From the NCBI GenBank assembly GCA_965213675.1, contig OZ243916.1, positions 1,536,001-1,600,000 on the forward strand: DNA of 64,000 bases, written 5' to 3'. Positions 31,390 through 41,800 of this stretch are shown here, piece after piece. The stretch's first letter is position 1. Each line of letters opens with the position of its first letter. Made by a program: the position numbers and the translations under genes. The notes beneath the pieces are model-generated. The model did not search any database. It saw only the letters and a list, made by a program, of their open reading frames with translations, and was not told the DNA's origin. Source of the DNA: an uncultured Candidatus Binatia bacterium (lineage in GTDB: Bacteria; Desulfobacterota; Binatia; UBA9968; JAJDTQ01).

Positions 31390-32528
31390 CCCTTCCGCTT
31401 TACAAGGCCGCGGCTGACCGACCGCCGAGCCGGGCAGCTTCCGGACACGCGGGCTTGTGGTTCGACAAATTCTGCAACCAGTGGCGCCGTGAGCAGTCCA
31501 CCTGGACCATGAAGGGCCGCGACGAGCACAACCCCAAGCCCGAATGGATCAAGACCTTGACGAAAGGAAAGGTCGGTGCAGATTCGCACCTCCGGGAGAA
31601 CGCGTTGCGCGTTGCGGCACTGGTCGACAGCCGTAACGGGTACTTTGAAGTGTTCACCACGACGTCACGCTTCGTAACGGGCTTGGGCCGCAGCCATCCC
31701 ATCGAGAACGGCTTTGCCTGGCATCCCACATTGGGAACGCCGTATGTGCCGGGAAGCTCAGTCAAGGGTCTGGTCTGCTCCTGGGCCAGGCTGGACGCCG
31801 AGCCTCATCCCGACAAACAGCTTCGGGAACGCCTGCTTGGAACGCCCGATAAAGCCGGGAGCCTGTGTTTCCTCGATGCCATCCCCGTTGCACCCGTGCA
31901 ACTCGAAGCCGACGTGATGACGCCTCACTACGCGGGCTGGAGTGTGAATGACCCCCCGGGAGACTGGCGGTCGCCAACACCCATCCCGTTCCTGACTACG
32001 GCCGCGGATACACCCTTCCTGTTCGCGACGATCCCGGCCCGTGACATTTCTGACGCTGATCTGAGTGACGTCCGGGAATGGCTGTGTGCCGCACTTACGT
32101 GGGGCGGGGCAGGCGCCAAGACGATGATCGGTTACGGCCGTTTCGAGAGCAGCGAGCACGAAACGACCAGTTTGAGGGACAAACTGCGCAAGCGCAAAGA
32201 AGATCTCGAAACGCTGATGCAAGCCGAACGTACGGCCAGGGAGCGTGAGGAGCGGTTGGCAACCCTCAGTCCTACGGAGCGCGAGATCGAGGAATTGCTC
32301 AATGAGCGTCAGGACAGAAACATGCATGAAATCACCGCCGTCATGCAGGTGATCGAGAGCGGACGTTGGACTGGAGAAGCCAGGACTGAAGCCGCACGGT
32401 GGCTGGAGAACCGGATGAAGGGTGCGAAGCGATGGAAGGAAACCAGCCAGAAAAAACGCCCTGCCAAGGACCGGGACCATCAGAACACGTTACGCGTCAT
32501 GCGCTGGCTGCGGGGCGAAGCATCGTGA
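31386..32528 (+). CDS. cmr6: Type III-B RAMP subunit Cmr6 with a charged helical C-terminal extension
   Basis: GLGRSHPIENG, GTPYVPGSSVKG, DVMTPHY, PTPIPFL, GAGAKTMIGYG motifs. Confidence 0.92.
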   Translation: MTLPLYKAAADRPPSRAASGHAGLWFDKFCNQWRREQSTWTMKGRDEHNPKPEWIKTLTKGKVGADSHLRENALRVAALVDSRNGYFEVFTTTSRFVTGLGRSHPIENGFAWHPTLGTPYVPGSSVKGLVCSWARLDAEPHPDKQLRERLLGTPDKAGSLCFLDAIPVAPVQLEADVMTPHYAGWSVNDPPGDWRSPTPIPFLTTAADTPFLFATIPARDISDADLSDVREWLCAALTWGGAGAKTMIGYGRFESSEHETTSLRDKLRKRKEDLETLMQAERTAREREERLATLSPTEREIEELLNERQDRNMHEITAVMQVIESGRWTGEARTEAARWLENRMKGAKRWKETSQKKRPAKDRDHQNTLRVMRWLRGEAS

Positions 32529-32578
32529 GGGGCCGCATCGGGTGCCTCAACACTGACCTTGCCTGACGAAGTGAACCC

Positions 32579-32595
32579 CGTGACCGAGTTGACCG
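32579..32595 (+). repeat. Right copy of the 17-bp direct repeat (CGTGACCGAGTTGACCG) at the cas3 start
   Basis: 16/17 identical to 24312-24328. Confidence 0.85.
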
Positions 32596-35500
32596 CAACC
32601 AACTTCGTCGACTTCTTCACAGCGTCGTGGGGCCATCCGCCCTTTGCATGGCAGCGGACCTTGGCGGAGCGCGTGCTGGAACGTACCGAGGCCCCGTGGC
32701 CCGAGGCGATCGCTCTACCGACGGCTTCCGGCAAGACCGCTTGCATGGATGTCGCCGTGTTCGCGTTGGCGGCGCAAGCGTCGCGGATGGCGTCCAAGCA
32801 GACCATCACTATGCCTCGCCGCATCTTCTTCGTGGTGGACCGGCGCGTGATCGTGGACGAGGCGTATGAACGCGCCAGACGATTGGCCCAGAAACTGGAT
32901 GAAGCGGATGAGGGTATCGTCAAGAGCGTCGCGGACAATCTTCGGCAGATCGCCCACGGCGAACCAGAGGGATACGATCACGAGCGACCGCTGGCTGCCC
33001 ACTTGTTACGCGGCGGGATGTACCGCTCCGAAGCCTGGGCGCGGAATCCGTTGCAACCGACTGTGGTCGCATCCACCGTTGACCAGATCGGCTCTCGCCT
33101 GCTGTTCCGCGCCTATGGACGCGGCTCCGGCACTTGGCCGATCTATGCGGGACTCATCGCCAACGACAGCCTCATCCTGCTCGACGAGGCGCACTGCGCT
33201 CAACCGTTTCTTCAGACCCTGCGGGCGGTTCGACGTTTTCAGACTTGGGGGCATACCCCGCTCAAGCGATTCTTCTGTCCCGTGGTCATATCCGCCACGC
33301 CGCCCGCAGGAATAACGGACGTATTCGAGGACCGGTCCGATGAACGTTCCGATCCGCTTCATCCGCTCGGCCGGCGGCAAACCGCGCATAAGCCGGCGGT
33401 CCTGGAGACAGTCGAGAAAGCCAAAGGAAACCGAGCCACGCATGTGTTGGCTCAGGCTTTGGCCGATGCAGCAACCGGCTTGGTCAGTGAACAACGTCGA
33501 GCGATCGTGATATTCGCCAACCGCGTGGCCACGGCGCGGGAGACTCACCGGCTATTACGGAACGATTACGGAGACCGTGCGATCTTGCTCACCGGCCGTA
33601 TGCGCCCCGTGGATCGAGACGCCGTCGTTCAACAGCGTTTGACGCCCCTTTACTCTCATCGGTCAGAGCAACGCGTACTGAAAGAGCCGCTGGTTGTCGT
33701 AGCTACGCAGACCCTGGAAGTCGGTGCAGACCTTGATTTCGACGGTCTTGTCACGGAATGCTCAAGTCTTGACGCCCTGCGTCAACGCTTCGGCCGCTTG
33801 AACCGCATGGGACGGGCCATCGAAGCGCGAGCAAGGATTCTTGTCCGCGGAGACCAGGCTCACGCGGCCTCGGAAAATCCGGAGTCGGCGAAACAGAAGA
33901 CACGGATGGACGACGACCCGGTTTACGGTGCAGCCTTGGCCCGGACGTGGACGTGGCTCAACATGCACAAGGACGACGGGGATGCGATCGACTTCGGAAT
34001 CATCCATCTCGAACAGCAATTGACGGATGGCGGGTCCCTCGCGGCCCTTGACGCCCCGGCCCGTGACGCCGCGGTGATGCTTCCCGCCCACCTCGATTGC
34101 TGGGCGCAGACGGCCCCGGTCCCATGCCCGTCCCCTGACGTCGGCCTGTTCCTGCACGGCCCGCGCGAAGGAGTGGCTGACATTCAGGTCTGCTGGCGCG
34201 CGGACCTGGATCTGATCGGGGAACAGGAAACGGCGCTGGAGTTGCTATCCTTGTGCCCACCGAGCAGCAACGAAACCCTGCCCGTGCCCATCGGCGTGTT
34301 CCGGCGATGGCTGGCGCGGGGAGATGTCGAAGACGACAGTGCGGACGTGGAGGGAATCGAGGGAATCGGCACGGAGGACGATAGCGACAGAAAAAGTGCA
34401 CCGGTGGTCCGGTGGCGCGGGGCAGACACCGGCCGGGACGACATCACGGACGATCCCAAGGCCATTCGACCCGGCGACGTGATCGTGATTCCGGCCAGCC
34501 ATCCGGGACAGGCGCGCCAACTCGGCGACGTGCCGCCCGACGCTGCCCTCGACGTGGGTGACGAGGCTTATCGTCGCGCCCGTGCCAAATCCATCCTTCG
34601 GCTTCATCCGGCGCTCGTGAACGATTGGCCGGACTTCATCCCGGCGCAGACAGCCGCAGCCGAACTGCTGAAGAGTCTCGAGCAGAAGATGGAGTGCGAG
34701 GACGATTCGAACGACGTGGGTGATGCCTTGCGGGAGATACTGGCGGAGTTGGCCGCCTCGGAACCGACTTCGGAACGGTGGGCCTGGCTGCCGAAAACAG
34801 CCGGAGAGTTGCTGGAAGAGTACCGAAGCGGCGGGTTGGACCGCGCCTGCCGGATTGTCGGCAACGAAAGCATCGTCCTCGTCGGGCATCGCCACCTACG
34901 TCACCTCGCCCACGAAGCCGACAACTTCAGCGACGAGGATGACGCCGCCGCATCCGGCATTTCGCACCGGGACGGAGAACCTGTCCTGCTCGAAAAACAT
35001 CTTCCGGGGGTGGAAACGTTCGCCCGGCGTCACGCCGTGGGCTGTGGACTGCCGGATGAACTGGCGGATGCCGTGGCGCGGGCGGGGCTGTTGCACGATC
35101 TGGGCAAGGCCGACCGACGGTTTCAGTCCATGTTGCGCGGCGGCGCCCTCTGGTCCGACGGGCTGCTCCTGGCGAAATCCTCACGAATGCCCAAAACCCG
35201 AGCGGCCCGCGGTCGTGCGCACGCGGAATCCGGCTATCCCAGACGAGGCCGGCACGAATTGCTCTCAGTGCGTATGGCCGAGACCGCTTCGGCGCTTTTG
35301 CCCAAGGACGAGGAACTGCGCGACGTGGTTCTGCACCTGGTTGCCAGCCATCACGGCTACTGTCGGCCGTTCGCTCCCGTGGTATCTGATCCCGAGGGCG
35401 TGGAGGTTGAGTATGAACTGAACGGGTCGAAGATGTGCTGGTCCGGCCCTACCGGCCTTGAGCGCCTCGATTCCGGCATCGCAGACCGCTACTGGAGATT

Positions 35501-35606
35501 GGTGAGGCGCTATGGCTGGTGGGGCGTGGCTTGGCTGGAAGCCTTGTTGCGACTGGCAGACTGGCGGCGAAGCGAATGGGAGGAGACGCACGGTGCCGAC
35601 GAGTGA
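32580..35606 (+). CDS. cas3: Type I-G Cas3 (N-terminal SF2 helicase, C-terminal HD nuclease)
   Basis: PFAWQ, LPTASGKT (Walker A), VVDRRVIVD, LLDEAH, QRFGRLNR; C-terminal LLHDLGKAD (HD at 35094), RHE and SHHG. Alternative TTG start at 32559. Confidence 0.95.
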   Translation: MTELTATNFVDFFTASWGHPPFAWQRTLAERVLERTEAPWPEAIALPTASGKTACMDVAVFALAAQASRMASKQTITMPRRIFFVVDRRVIVDEAYERARRLAQKLDEADEGIVKSVADNLRQIAHGEPEGYDHERPLAAHLLRGGMYRSEAWARNPLQPTVVASTVDQIGSRLLFRAYGRGSGTWPIYAGLIANDSLILLDEAHCAQPFLQTLRAVRRFQTWGHTPLKRFFCPVVISATPPAGITDVFEDRSDERSDPLHPLGRRQTAHKPAVLETVEKAKGNRATHVLAQALADAATGLVSEQRRAIVIFANRVATARETHRLLRNDYGDRAILLTGRMRPVDRDAVVQQRLTPLYSHRSEQRVLKEPLVVVATQTLEVGADLDFDGLVTECSSLDALRQRFGRLNRMGRAIEARARILVRGDQAHAASENPESAKQKTRMDDDPVYGAALARTWTWLNMHKDDGDAIDFGIIHLEQQLTDGGSLAALDAPARDAAVMLPAHLDCWAQTAPVPCPSPDVGLFLHGPREGVADIQVCWRADLDLIGEQETALELLSLCPPSSNETLPVPIGVFRRWLARGDVEDDSADVEGIEGIGTEDDSDRKSAPVVRWRGADTGRDDITDDPKAIRPGDVIVIPASHPGQARQLGDVPPDAALDVGDEAYRRARAKSILRLHPALVNDWPDFIPAQTAAAELLKSLEQKMECEDDSNDVGDALREILAELAASEPTSERWAWLPKTAGELLEEYRSGGLDRACRIVGNESIVLVGHRHLRHLAHEADNFSDEDDAAASGISHRDGEPVLLEKHLPGVETFARRHAVGCGLPDELADAVARAGLLHDLGKADRRFQSMLRGGALWSDGLLLAKSSRMPKTRAARGRAHAESGYPRRGRHELLSVRMAETASALLPKDEELRDVVLHLVASHHGYCRPFAPVVSDPEGVEVEYELNGSKMCWSGPTGLERLDSGIADRYWRLVRRYGWWGVAWLEALLRLADWRRSEWEETHGADE

Positions 35607-36525
35607 ATTGCCTCCAGGAATTCTACTGGGCGGGATCGACGGGAGCAATCCGCTCGGGTTTCTTGCGGCCATCGGGACGTTGCGGATGGCGACCCGTGCG
35701 TCCCCCTCATCCAACTGGCACCTTCAGTGGCAGGTGTGTGACGGGACATGGACGCCAAAACTGCTGGGGTACGATTCGTTTTCAGAAGACGACCTGATCG
35801 ATCTGCTGATGCCGCCGCTCGAGAAAGCGAAGGACCAACCCGCGCTGACATTTGCCCAGAATCTCAACGTCAGTTGTGAACGGTTCAGAGCCGTAACCGA
35901 AAGAGCCCAGGCAGCAGCCACTCTCACAGATAGGGACGAGGCCGACTTTGTGGCGGCGTTCGGCTGCGAGAGCATGCCCGTTTCAGGCAAGGACCCGACC
36001 ATCCAGGACACCGCGCTGAGAACCATGAGCGGTGCCGGCCATCAACACTTTCTCGGTTCCATGCTGGAACTGACTCAAACGACGGGGCCGGACCATCTAC
36101 GTGCTTCGTTGTTTTTTCCATGGCGGTACTCGGACGACAGACCGAACCTGCGCTGGGACCCCGTGGACGACCGCCGGTATGCCTTGCGTTGGAACGAGCC
36201 CTCGGGCGACCCGGTACGAACCATGCGGGGCGCCAACCGTCTGGCGGTCGAAGCTCTCCCCCTTTTCCCTACCGCTGCCGGAGAAACTCGACTTCAAACA
36301 ACGGGATTTTCGCAACGGCGCCGCGAAGGTGTATTGTTCACATGGCCGATATGGAACTTGCCTTTGAACATCGACACTGTTCGCTCCGTGCTCAGTCTGC
36401 CCGAGTTGCAAGAGCCAAGGCCGAACCGTGACGGACTGTTGGCGATGGGTATCGTCGAGATTTATCAGAGTGAACGAATTACCAGGGACAAGTACCGCAA
36501 CTTCACCGCGGCAACACCCACATGA
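35593..36525 (+). CDS. csb3: Type I-G short large-subunit-like protein Csb3 (Cas8u2-like)
   Basis: GIDGSNPLGFLAAIG, LRWDP and ANRLAVEALPLFP motifs; directly after cas3; AGGAG RBS. Confidence 0.8.
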   Translation: MPTSELPPGILLGGIDGSNPLGFLAAIGTLRMATRASPSSNWHLQWQVCDGTWTPKLLGYDSFSEDDLIDLLMPPLEKAKDQPALTFAQNLNVSCERFRAVTERAQAAATLTDRDEADFVAAFGCESMPVSGKDPTIQDTALRTMSGAGHQHFLGSMLELTQTTGPDHLRASLFFPWRYSDDRPNLRWDPVDDRRYALRWNEPSGDPVRTMRGANRLAVEALPLFPTAAGETRLQTTGFSQRRREGVLFTWPIWNLPLNIDTVRSVLSLPELQEPRPNRDGLLAMGIVEIYQSERITRDKYRNFTAATPT

Positions 36526-36579
36526 CACAGAGCGTACGGCCTTGAATGGCTTTCCGTTCCCTGTATTGCTCTTCCTCGC

Positions 36580-38292
36580 ATGACTTCTGACGAACAACTC
36601 ACCCTGGCCCTGCCACCGCCTCCGGCCACCGGCGACACGCCGCTTGTCCCGGTCCGCATGATCAACGAATGGGTCTACTGCCCGCGTCTCGCCTACCTGG
36701 AATGGGTGGAGGGAGAATGGGCCGACAGCCAGGCCACGGCGGAGGGAAGACGCGCCCACGCACGGGTCGACGAAGGCGGTGGGCGGCTGCCTGCGCCGGA
36801 AGAACTCGACGAGGACCTTGCCCGCGCCAGGGCAGTCACCCTGTCCTCGGAACGCCTGGGCATCATCGCGAAGATGGACGTGGTGGAGGCTGACGGAGAA
36901 TCGGCCACGCCGGTGGACTTCAAGAAAGGCAAGAGGCCGCATGTGGCCGCTGGCGCTTATGAGCCCGAGCGGGTTCAAGTCTGCGCCCAAGCCATGATCC
37001 TGGAGGACAACGGCTACCGGGTGGAGCGGGGCGCTTTGTGGTACGCCGGCTCACGAGAACGTGTGCCGGTGGCGCTGGACCCCGAGCTGCGGGCGCGGAC
37101 CCTGGAAGCCATATCGGGCCTGCGCGCGGCTGCTGCTTCGGGTCGCCGCCCGCCGCCTCTGCAGAACAGCCCCAAGTGCCCGCGCTGCTCCCTCGCCGGC
37201 ATCTGCTTGCCGGACGAGACCAACCTGTTCCGCAAGGGTTATCCGCCTCGCCAGCTCAACCCTTCGGACAACCCGGCGCTGCCGCTCTACGTACAGACCC
37301 CAGGCGCAAAACTGCGCAAGAGTGGCGAACAGTTGGTCGTCGAAGTGGAGGAAGAGAAAGTGGAGGTGCCGATGATCGACGTGTCCCAAGTGGCGTTGTT
37401 CGGCCCGGTTTCCGTGACCACGCCGGCGCTTCACGCCCTGATGCGCGCCGAGGTTCCGGTTTCGTGGTTCTCAACCGGGGGATGGTTCCTCGGCCACACG
37501 GTGAGCACCGGGAACGGCAACGTGGCGGTGCGCGAGGCCCAGTACCGTTTCGCCTTCGATGAAGGCCGCAGTCTCGCCTTCTCTCGTGACTTGGTCGCGG
37601 CCAAGATACGCAACTCACGGACCCTGTTGCGCCGCAACTGGCGCGACGACCGGGAAGCAGGCGACAAGGCTGAGGCGTTGGAACGGCTGAGACGGCTGGC
37701 CCAACGTGCAACCTACACGGAAAATGCTCAACAACTATTGGGTATGGAGGGTGAGGCCGCGGCCATCTACTTCGCCCGCTTCGAGAACATGCTCGCGCCC
37801 AACGCGGATGAAGGCGTGGCAGCCTTCTCCTTCTCGACGCGCAACCGGCGTCCGCCTACGGACCCTGTAAACGCCATGCTGTCGCTGGCCTATGCCCTTC
37901 TGACACGGACCTTGACCACCGCGATCTCGGCGACGGGACTCGACCCCTACATGGGACTGTACCACCGGCCGCGGCACGGCCGCCCGGCCCTGGCCCTCGA
38001 CCTCATGGAGCCGTTCCGGCCCATTGTCGCCGATTCATGCGTGATCCAGGCCGTCAACAACGGCGAGGTCAAACCAAGCGATTTCGTTTTCAACGGGCCG
38101 AGTTGTGCGCTCAAGCCGGGCGGTCGCAAGGCGTTCATGGCGGCCTTCGAGCGCCGCATGGAACAGGAAACCACGCATCCGGTGTTCGGCTACCGCGTGT
38201 CCATGCGGCGGTTGATGGATGTGCAAGCGCGGCTGCTCGCCCGGCATTTCCAGGGAGAGATCCAGGCGTATCCGCACTATCTGCCCCGGTGA
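36580..38292 (+). CDS. cas1: Cas4-Cas1 fusion
   Basis: Cas4: YCPR, DVVE..DFKKG, CPRCSLAGIC. Cas1: LGMEGEAA, RNRRPPTDPVNAMLSLAY, LALDLMEPFRPIVAD. The fusion is typical of type I-G. Confidence 0.96.
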   Translation: MTSDEQLTLALPPPPATGDTPLVPVRMINEWVYCPRLAYLEWVEGEWADSQATAEGRRAHARVDEGGGRLPAPEELDEDLARARAVTLSSERLGIIAKMDVVEADGESATPVDFKKGKRPHVAAGAYEPERVQVCAQAMILEDNGYRVERGALWYAGSRERVPVALDPELRARTLEAISGLRAAAASGRRPPPLQNSPKCPRCSLAGICLPDETNLFRKGYPPRQLNPSDNPALPLYVQTPGAKLRKSGEQLVVEVEEEKVEVPMIDVSQVALFGPVSVTTPALHALMRAEVPVSWFSTGGWFLGHTVSTGNGNVAVREAQYRFAFDEGRSLAFSRDLVAAKIRNSRTLLRRNWRDDREAGDKAEALERLRRLAQRATYTENAQQLLGMEGEAAAIYFARFENMLAPNADEGVAAFSFSTRNRRPPTDPVNAMLSLAYALLTRTLTTAISATGLDPYMGLYHRPRHGRPALALDLMEPFRPIVADSCVIQAVNNGEVKPSDFVFNGPSCALKPGGRKAFMAAFERRMEQETTHPVFGYRVSMRRLMDVQARLLARHFQGEIQAYPHYLPR

Positions 38293-38298
38293 ACTGCC

Positions 38299-38592
38299 AT
38301 GGCCAATGAGCGTCTCTACATAGTGACTTACGACATCGCCGAGCCCAAGCGCTGGCAAAAGATATTCAAGACCATGAAGGGATACGGTCACTGGCTCCAA
38401 CTGTCGGTCTTTCAGTGTCGGCTCACGGCGCGCCGGCGCGCTGAGATGGCCATGCGCTTGGAAGACCTGATCCGGCCCTCGGAGGATCACATCCTGATCG
38501 TCGACCTCGGTCCCGCCGACAGCGTCGACCCGCGCGTCGAGAGCCTGGGCAAGAGCTACGAGGCGCCGGACCGTCGAGCCACGATCGTTTAG
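38299..38592 (+). CDS. cas2: CRISPR-associated endoribonuclease Cas2
   Basis: YIVTYDI..KRW, GYGHWLQLSVF; 97 aa. Confidence 0.96.
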   Translation: MANERLYIVTYDIAEPKRWQKIFKTMKGYGHWLQLSVFQCRLTARRRAEMAMRLEDLIRPSEDHILIVDLGPADSVDPRVESLGKSYEAPDRRATIV

Positions 38593-38801
38593 GGATCTGA
38601 GGTGCCGAGCCTCTTTCAACCGCTCCCGTAAGGGCAAAATACCGGACAGTGCTCGCAACCTGTTTTTTGTTGTAGGATAAGGAGATATCCAGCTTGGCGT
38701 GGGACTTTCGAGACAGCTTCTGGTACTCTGCGGAACAAGGACCCCCAGCGCTCGCGTTCAGCAAAAATATGCCAGCCCCAAAGGGAAGTTCAGAGGGGGC
38801 T
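38593..38801 (+). promoter_or_regulatory. CRISPR leader
   Basis: Non-coding, lower GC, between cas2 and the first repeat; contains recurring GCTCGC motifs and a T-rich patch. Confidence 0.75.
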
Positions 38802-41800
38802 GATTCCGAGGCGTGATTGCCTCGGCCTCATTGAAGCTTGATCAGCGGCTTTGACTTTTTCTGGAATGCCATGTGATTCCGAGGCGTGATTGCCTCGGCC
38901 TCATTGAAGCCTACTCCCTAGTTATGGGCCATGCGGCCCGCCATCAATGATTCCGAGGCGTGATTGCCTCGGCCTCATTGAAGCATTGCGACGGGCCGAT
39001 AGGCACAACGAAGTGGTGTAGATTCCGAGGCGTGATTGCCTCGGCCTCATTGAAGCAACCACCCCGGGCACTTCAGGAGATCGTAGAGGCGCTGGGATTC
39101 CGAGGCGTGATTGCCTCGGCCTCATTGAAGCCGGTACACCTTTGGTCGTTTTGGAACGCTTGGCATTCGATTCCGAGGCGTGATTGCCTCGGCCTCATTG
39201 AAGCCAGATGTCCACGGTCCTCGAACGAACCAAGATCGAACAAGGATTCCGAGGCGTGATTGCCTCGGCCTCATTGAAGCCTGGCGCCAGGCCATCTGGG
39301 CCTGCTTGCTGCGCCGATTCCGAGGCGTGATTGCCTCGGCCTCATTGAAGCTTGAGAACGCCGAGGATCGCGCGTTCCAACGCGGACATGATTCCGAGGC
39401 GTGATTGCCTCGGCCTCATTGAAGCCATGAAATCGCACGGTATACCGGACTTACTACGTCCAGATTCCGAGGCGTGATTGCCTCGGCCTCATTGAAGCGC
39501 ACTGGGGATCCTTGGGCTGTAGCCCACACCCATCCTGATTCCGAGGCGTGATTGCCTCGGCCTCATTGAAGCGATGAGGGCTTGCGCGACAAGTTCAATG
39601 CCGGTGGACGATTCCGAGGCGTGATTGCCTCGGCCTCATTGAAGCGACCAGGTGGTTGAACTGTGCCAGCTGGGTGAAGCTCGATTCCGAGGCGTGATTG
39701 CCTCGGCCTCATTGAAGCACGAGGAACTCGCCGTGGCCGTGGGCGCCGCAACCGAGAAGATTCCGAGGCGTGATTGCCTCGGCCTCATTGAAGCTCGTCC
39801 AGCACCACGATCCCTTGCCGTTCGAGATCGAGGATTCCGAGGCGTGATTGCCTCGGCCTCATTGAAGCTACCGCCCGGCGCGCCGCCGCGAACACCGGGA
39901 TCCCCTGATTCCGAGGCGTGATTGCCTCGGCCTCATTGAAGCCGGATGTTCGGTTTACCAAGAATGGCGCGCTTCCAGGGCGATTCCGAGGCGTGATTGC
40001 CTCGGCCTCATTGAAGCCAGTTCTACCAGCGCGAGGGCGCGATCACAGACAGGATTCCGAGGCGTGATTGCCTCGGCCTCATTGAAGCCGACTACGCCGA
40101 ATATACGATCCCGGAGTTGATCCGGGAAGATTCCGAGGCGTGATTGCCTCGGCCTCATTGAAGCATGTGGGACGGGTTTGGGGTAGTCGAGTCGCGTGTA
40201 GAGATTCCGAGGCGTGATTGCCTCGGCCTCATTGAAGCTTCTGCCGCACGTCGAAGGACGAGTAGAAGTAGCGCTGATTCCGAGGCGTGATTGCCTCGGC
40301 CTCATTGAAGCGCGCATATTTAGGGGGGGGGTATGTGTTTTTGCGGTTGATTCCGAGGCGTGATTGCCTCGGCCTCATTGAAGCAATAGCAGTTTTGATT
40401 GCTGCCATCGCCTTCTCTCGCGATTCCGAGGCGTGATTGCCTCGGCCTCATTGAAGCCACGGCCACGCAATGGGCAGAAATCGAGCGGGCGTCGATTCCG
40501 AGGCGTGATTGCCTCGGCCTCATTGAAGCTACGGGCACGAAGCCCATGTGTTCCCGGAGAATGGGGATTCCGAGGCGTGATTGCCTCGGCCTCATTGAAG
40601 CGGGCATGGGATTAGGTTTGTGCCAGATGATTTCCGAGATTCCGAGGCGTGATTGCCTCGGCCTCATTGAAGCATCCCGCCCTTCATGGACTTCGTGCCG
40701 TTCATCAAGATTCCGAGGCGTGATTGCCTCGGCCTCATTGAAGCGAACTCCCATGGCGCCGTTGCATGGGTCCGGGTCCAAGGGGATTCCGAGGCGTGAT
40801 TGCCTCGGCCTCATTGAAGCGAACTCCCATGGCGCCGTTGCATGGGTCCGGGTCCAAGGGGATTCCGAGGCGTGATTGCCTCGGCCTCATTGAAGCGATC
40901 ATTTCTTCCTCCTACTAGGCCTGATGTCGGGCCGATTCCGAGGCGTGATTGCCTCGGCCTCATTGAAGCCACTTCCGGCAACCCTTCAATGCCGTTCTCG
41001 TAGAGATTCCGAGGCGTGATTGCCTCGGCCTCATTGAAGCGGCGCCAGCTTCTTGATTTTCTCGAAGATCAGCCGCGAGGATTCCGAGGCGTGATTGCCT
41101 CGGCCTCATTGAAGCGTACGTGCGAGCGTGTACACCTCCCGGTTTGACAGGGGGATTCCGAGGCGTGATTGCCTCGGCCTCATTGAAGCCCTCATTGTCA
41201 TCAGAGTATAGCGGATGCCTTCGGGCGATTCCGAGGCGTGATTGCCTCGGCCTCATTGAAGCTACTTCCACATCCACGCGTGCTCTGGATCGTCCGCGGG
41301 ATTCCGAGGCGTGATTGCCTCGGCCTCATTGAAGCGCGCTCTGCCACATTACGACTTGCATCGTGGTTTTCCTGATTCCGAGGCGTGATTGCCTCGGCCT
41401 CATTGAAGCTGACATTCATGTTTCTGTAAGGAGGAGATATGAGACGATTCCGAGGCGTGATTGCCTCGGCCTCATTGAAGCGTTTTGCCCGCGGCGCCGG
41501 TCTGATCCCACGGCAGCGATTCCGAGGCGTGATTGCCTCGGCCTCATTGAAGCGCCATGAGATCGTCCATCGTGTCGCGGTACCGGTCGTGATTCCGAGG
41601 CGTGATTGCCTCGGCCTCATTGAAGCAACGGCGATGCGTCGACGATGATTTCCAGAGCTTCCTCGATTCCGAGGCGTGATTGCCTCGGCCTCATTGAAGC
41701 GTACACGTCGCGGCCCTGACGGCGGGCGACGTGCAGCGGATTCCGAGGCGTGATTGCCTCGGCCTCATTGAAGCATTGACCAGTGGATCGGAGACTGGGT

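Noticed and set aside
40530-40708. Similarity between spacer 24 (reverse complement) and spacer 26 (CATGGRCTTCGTGCC)
   Set aside because: Only about 15 nt with a mismatch and unrelated flanks; plausible by chance.
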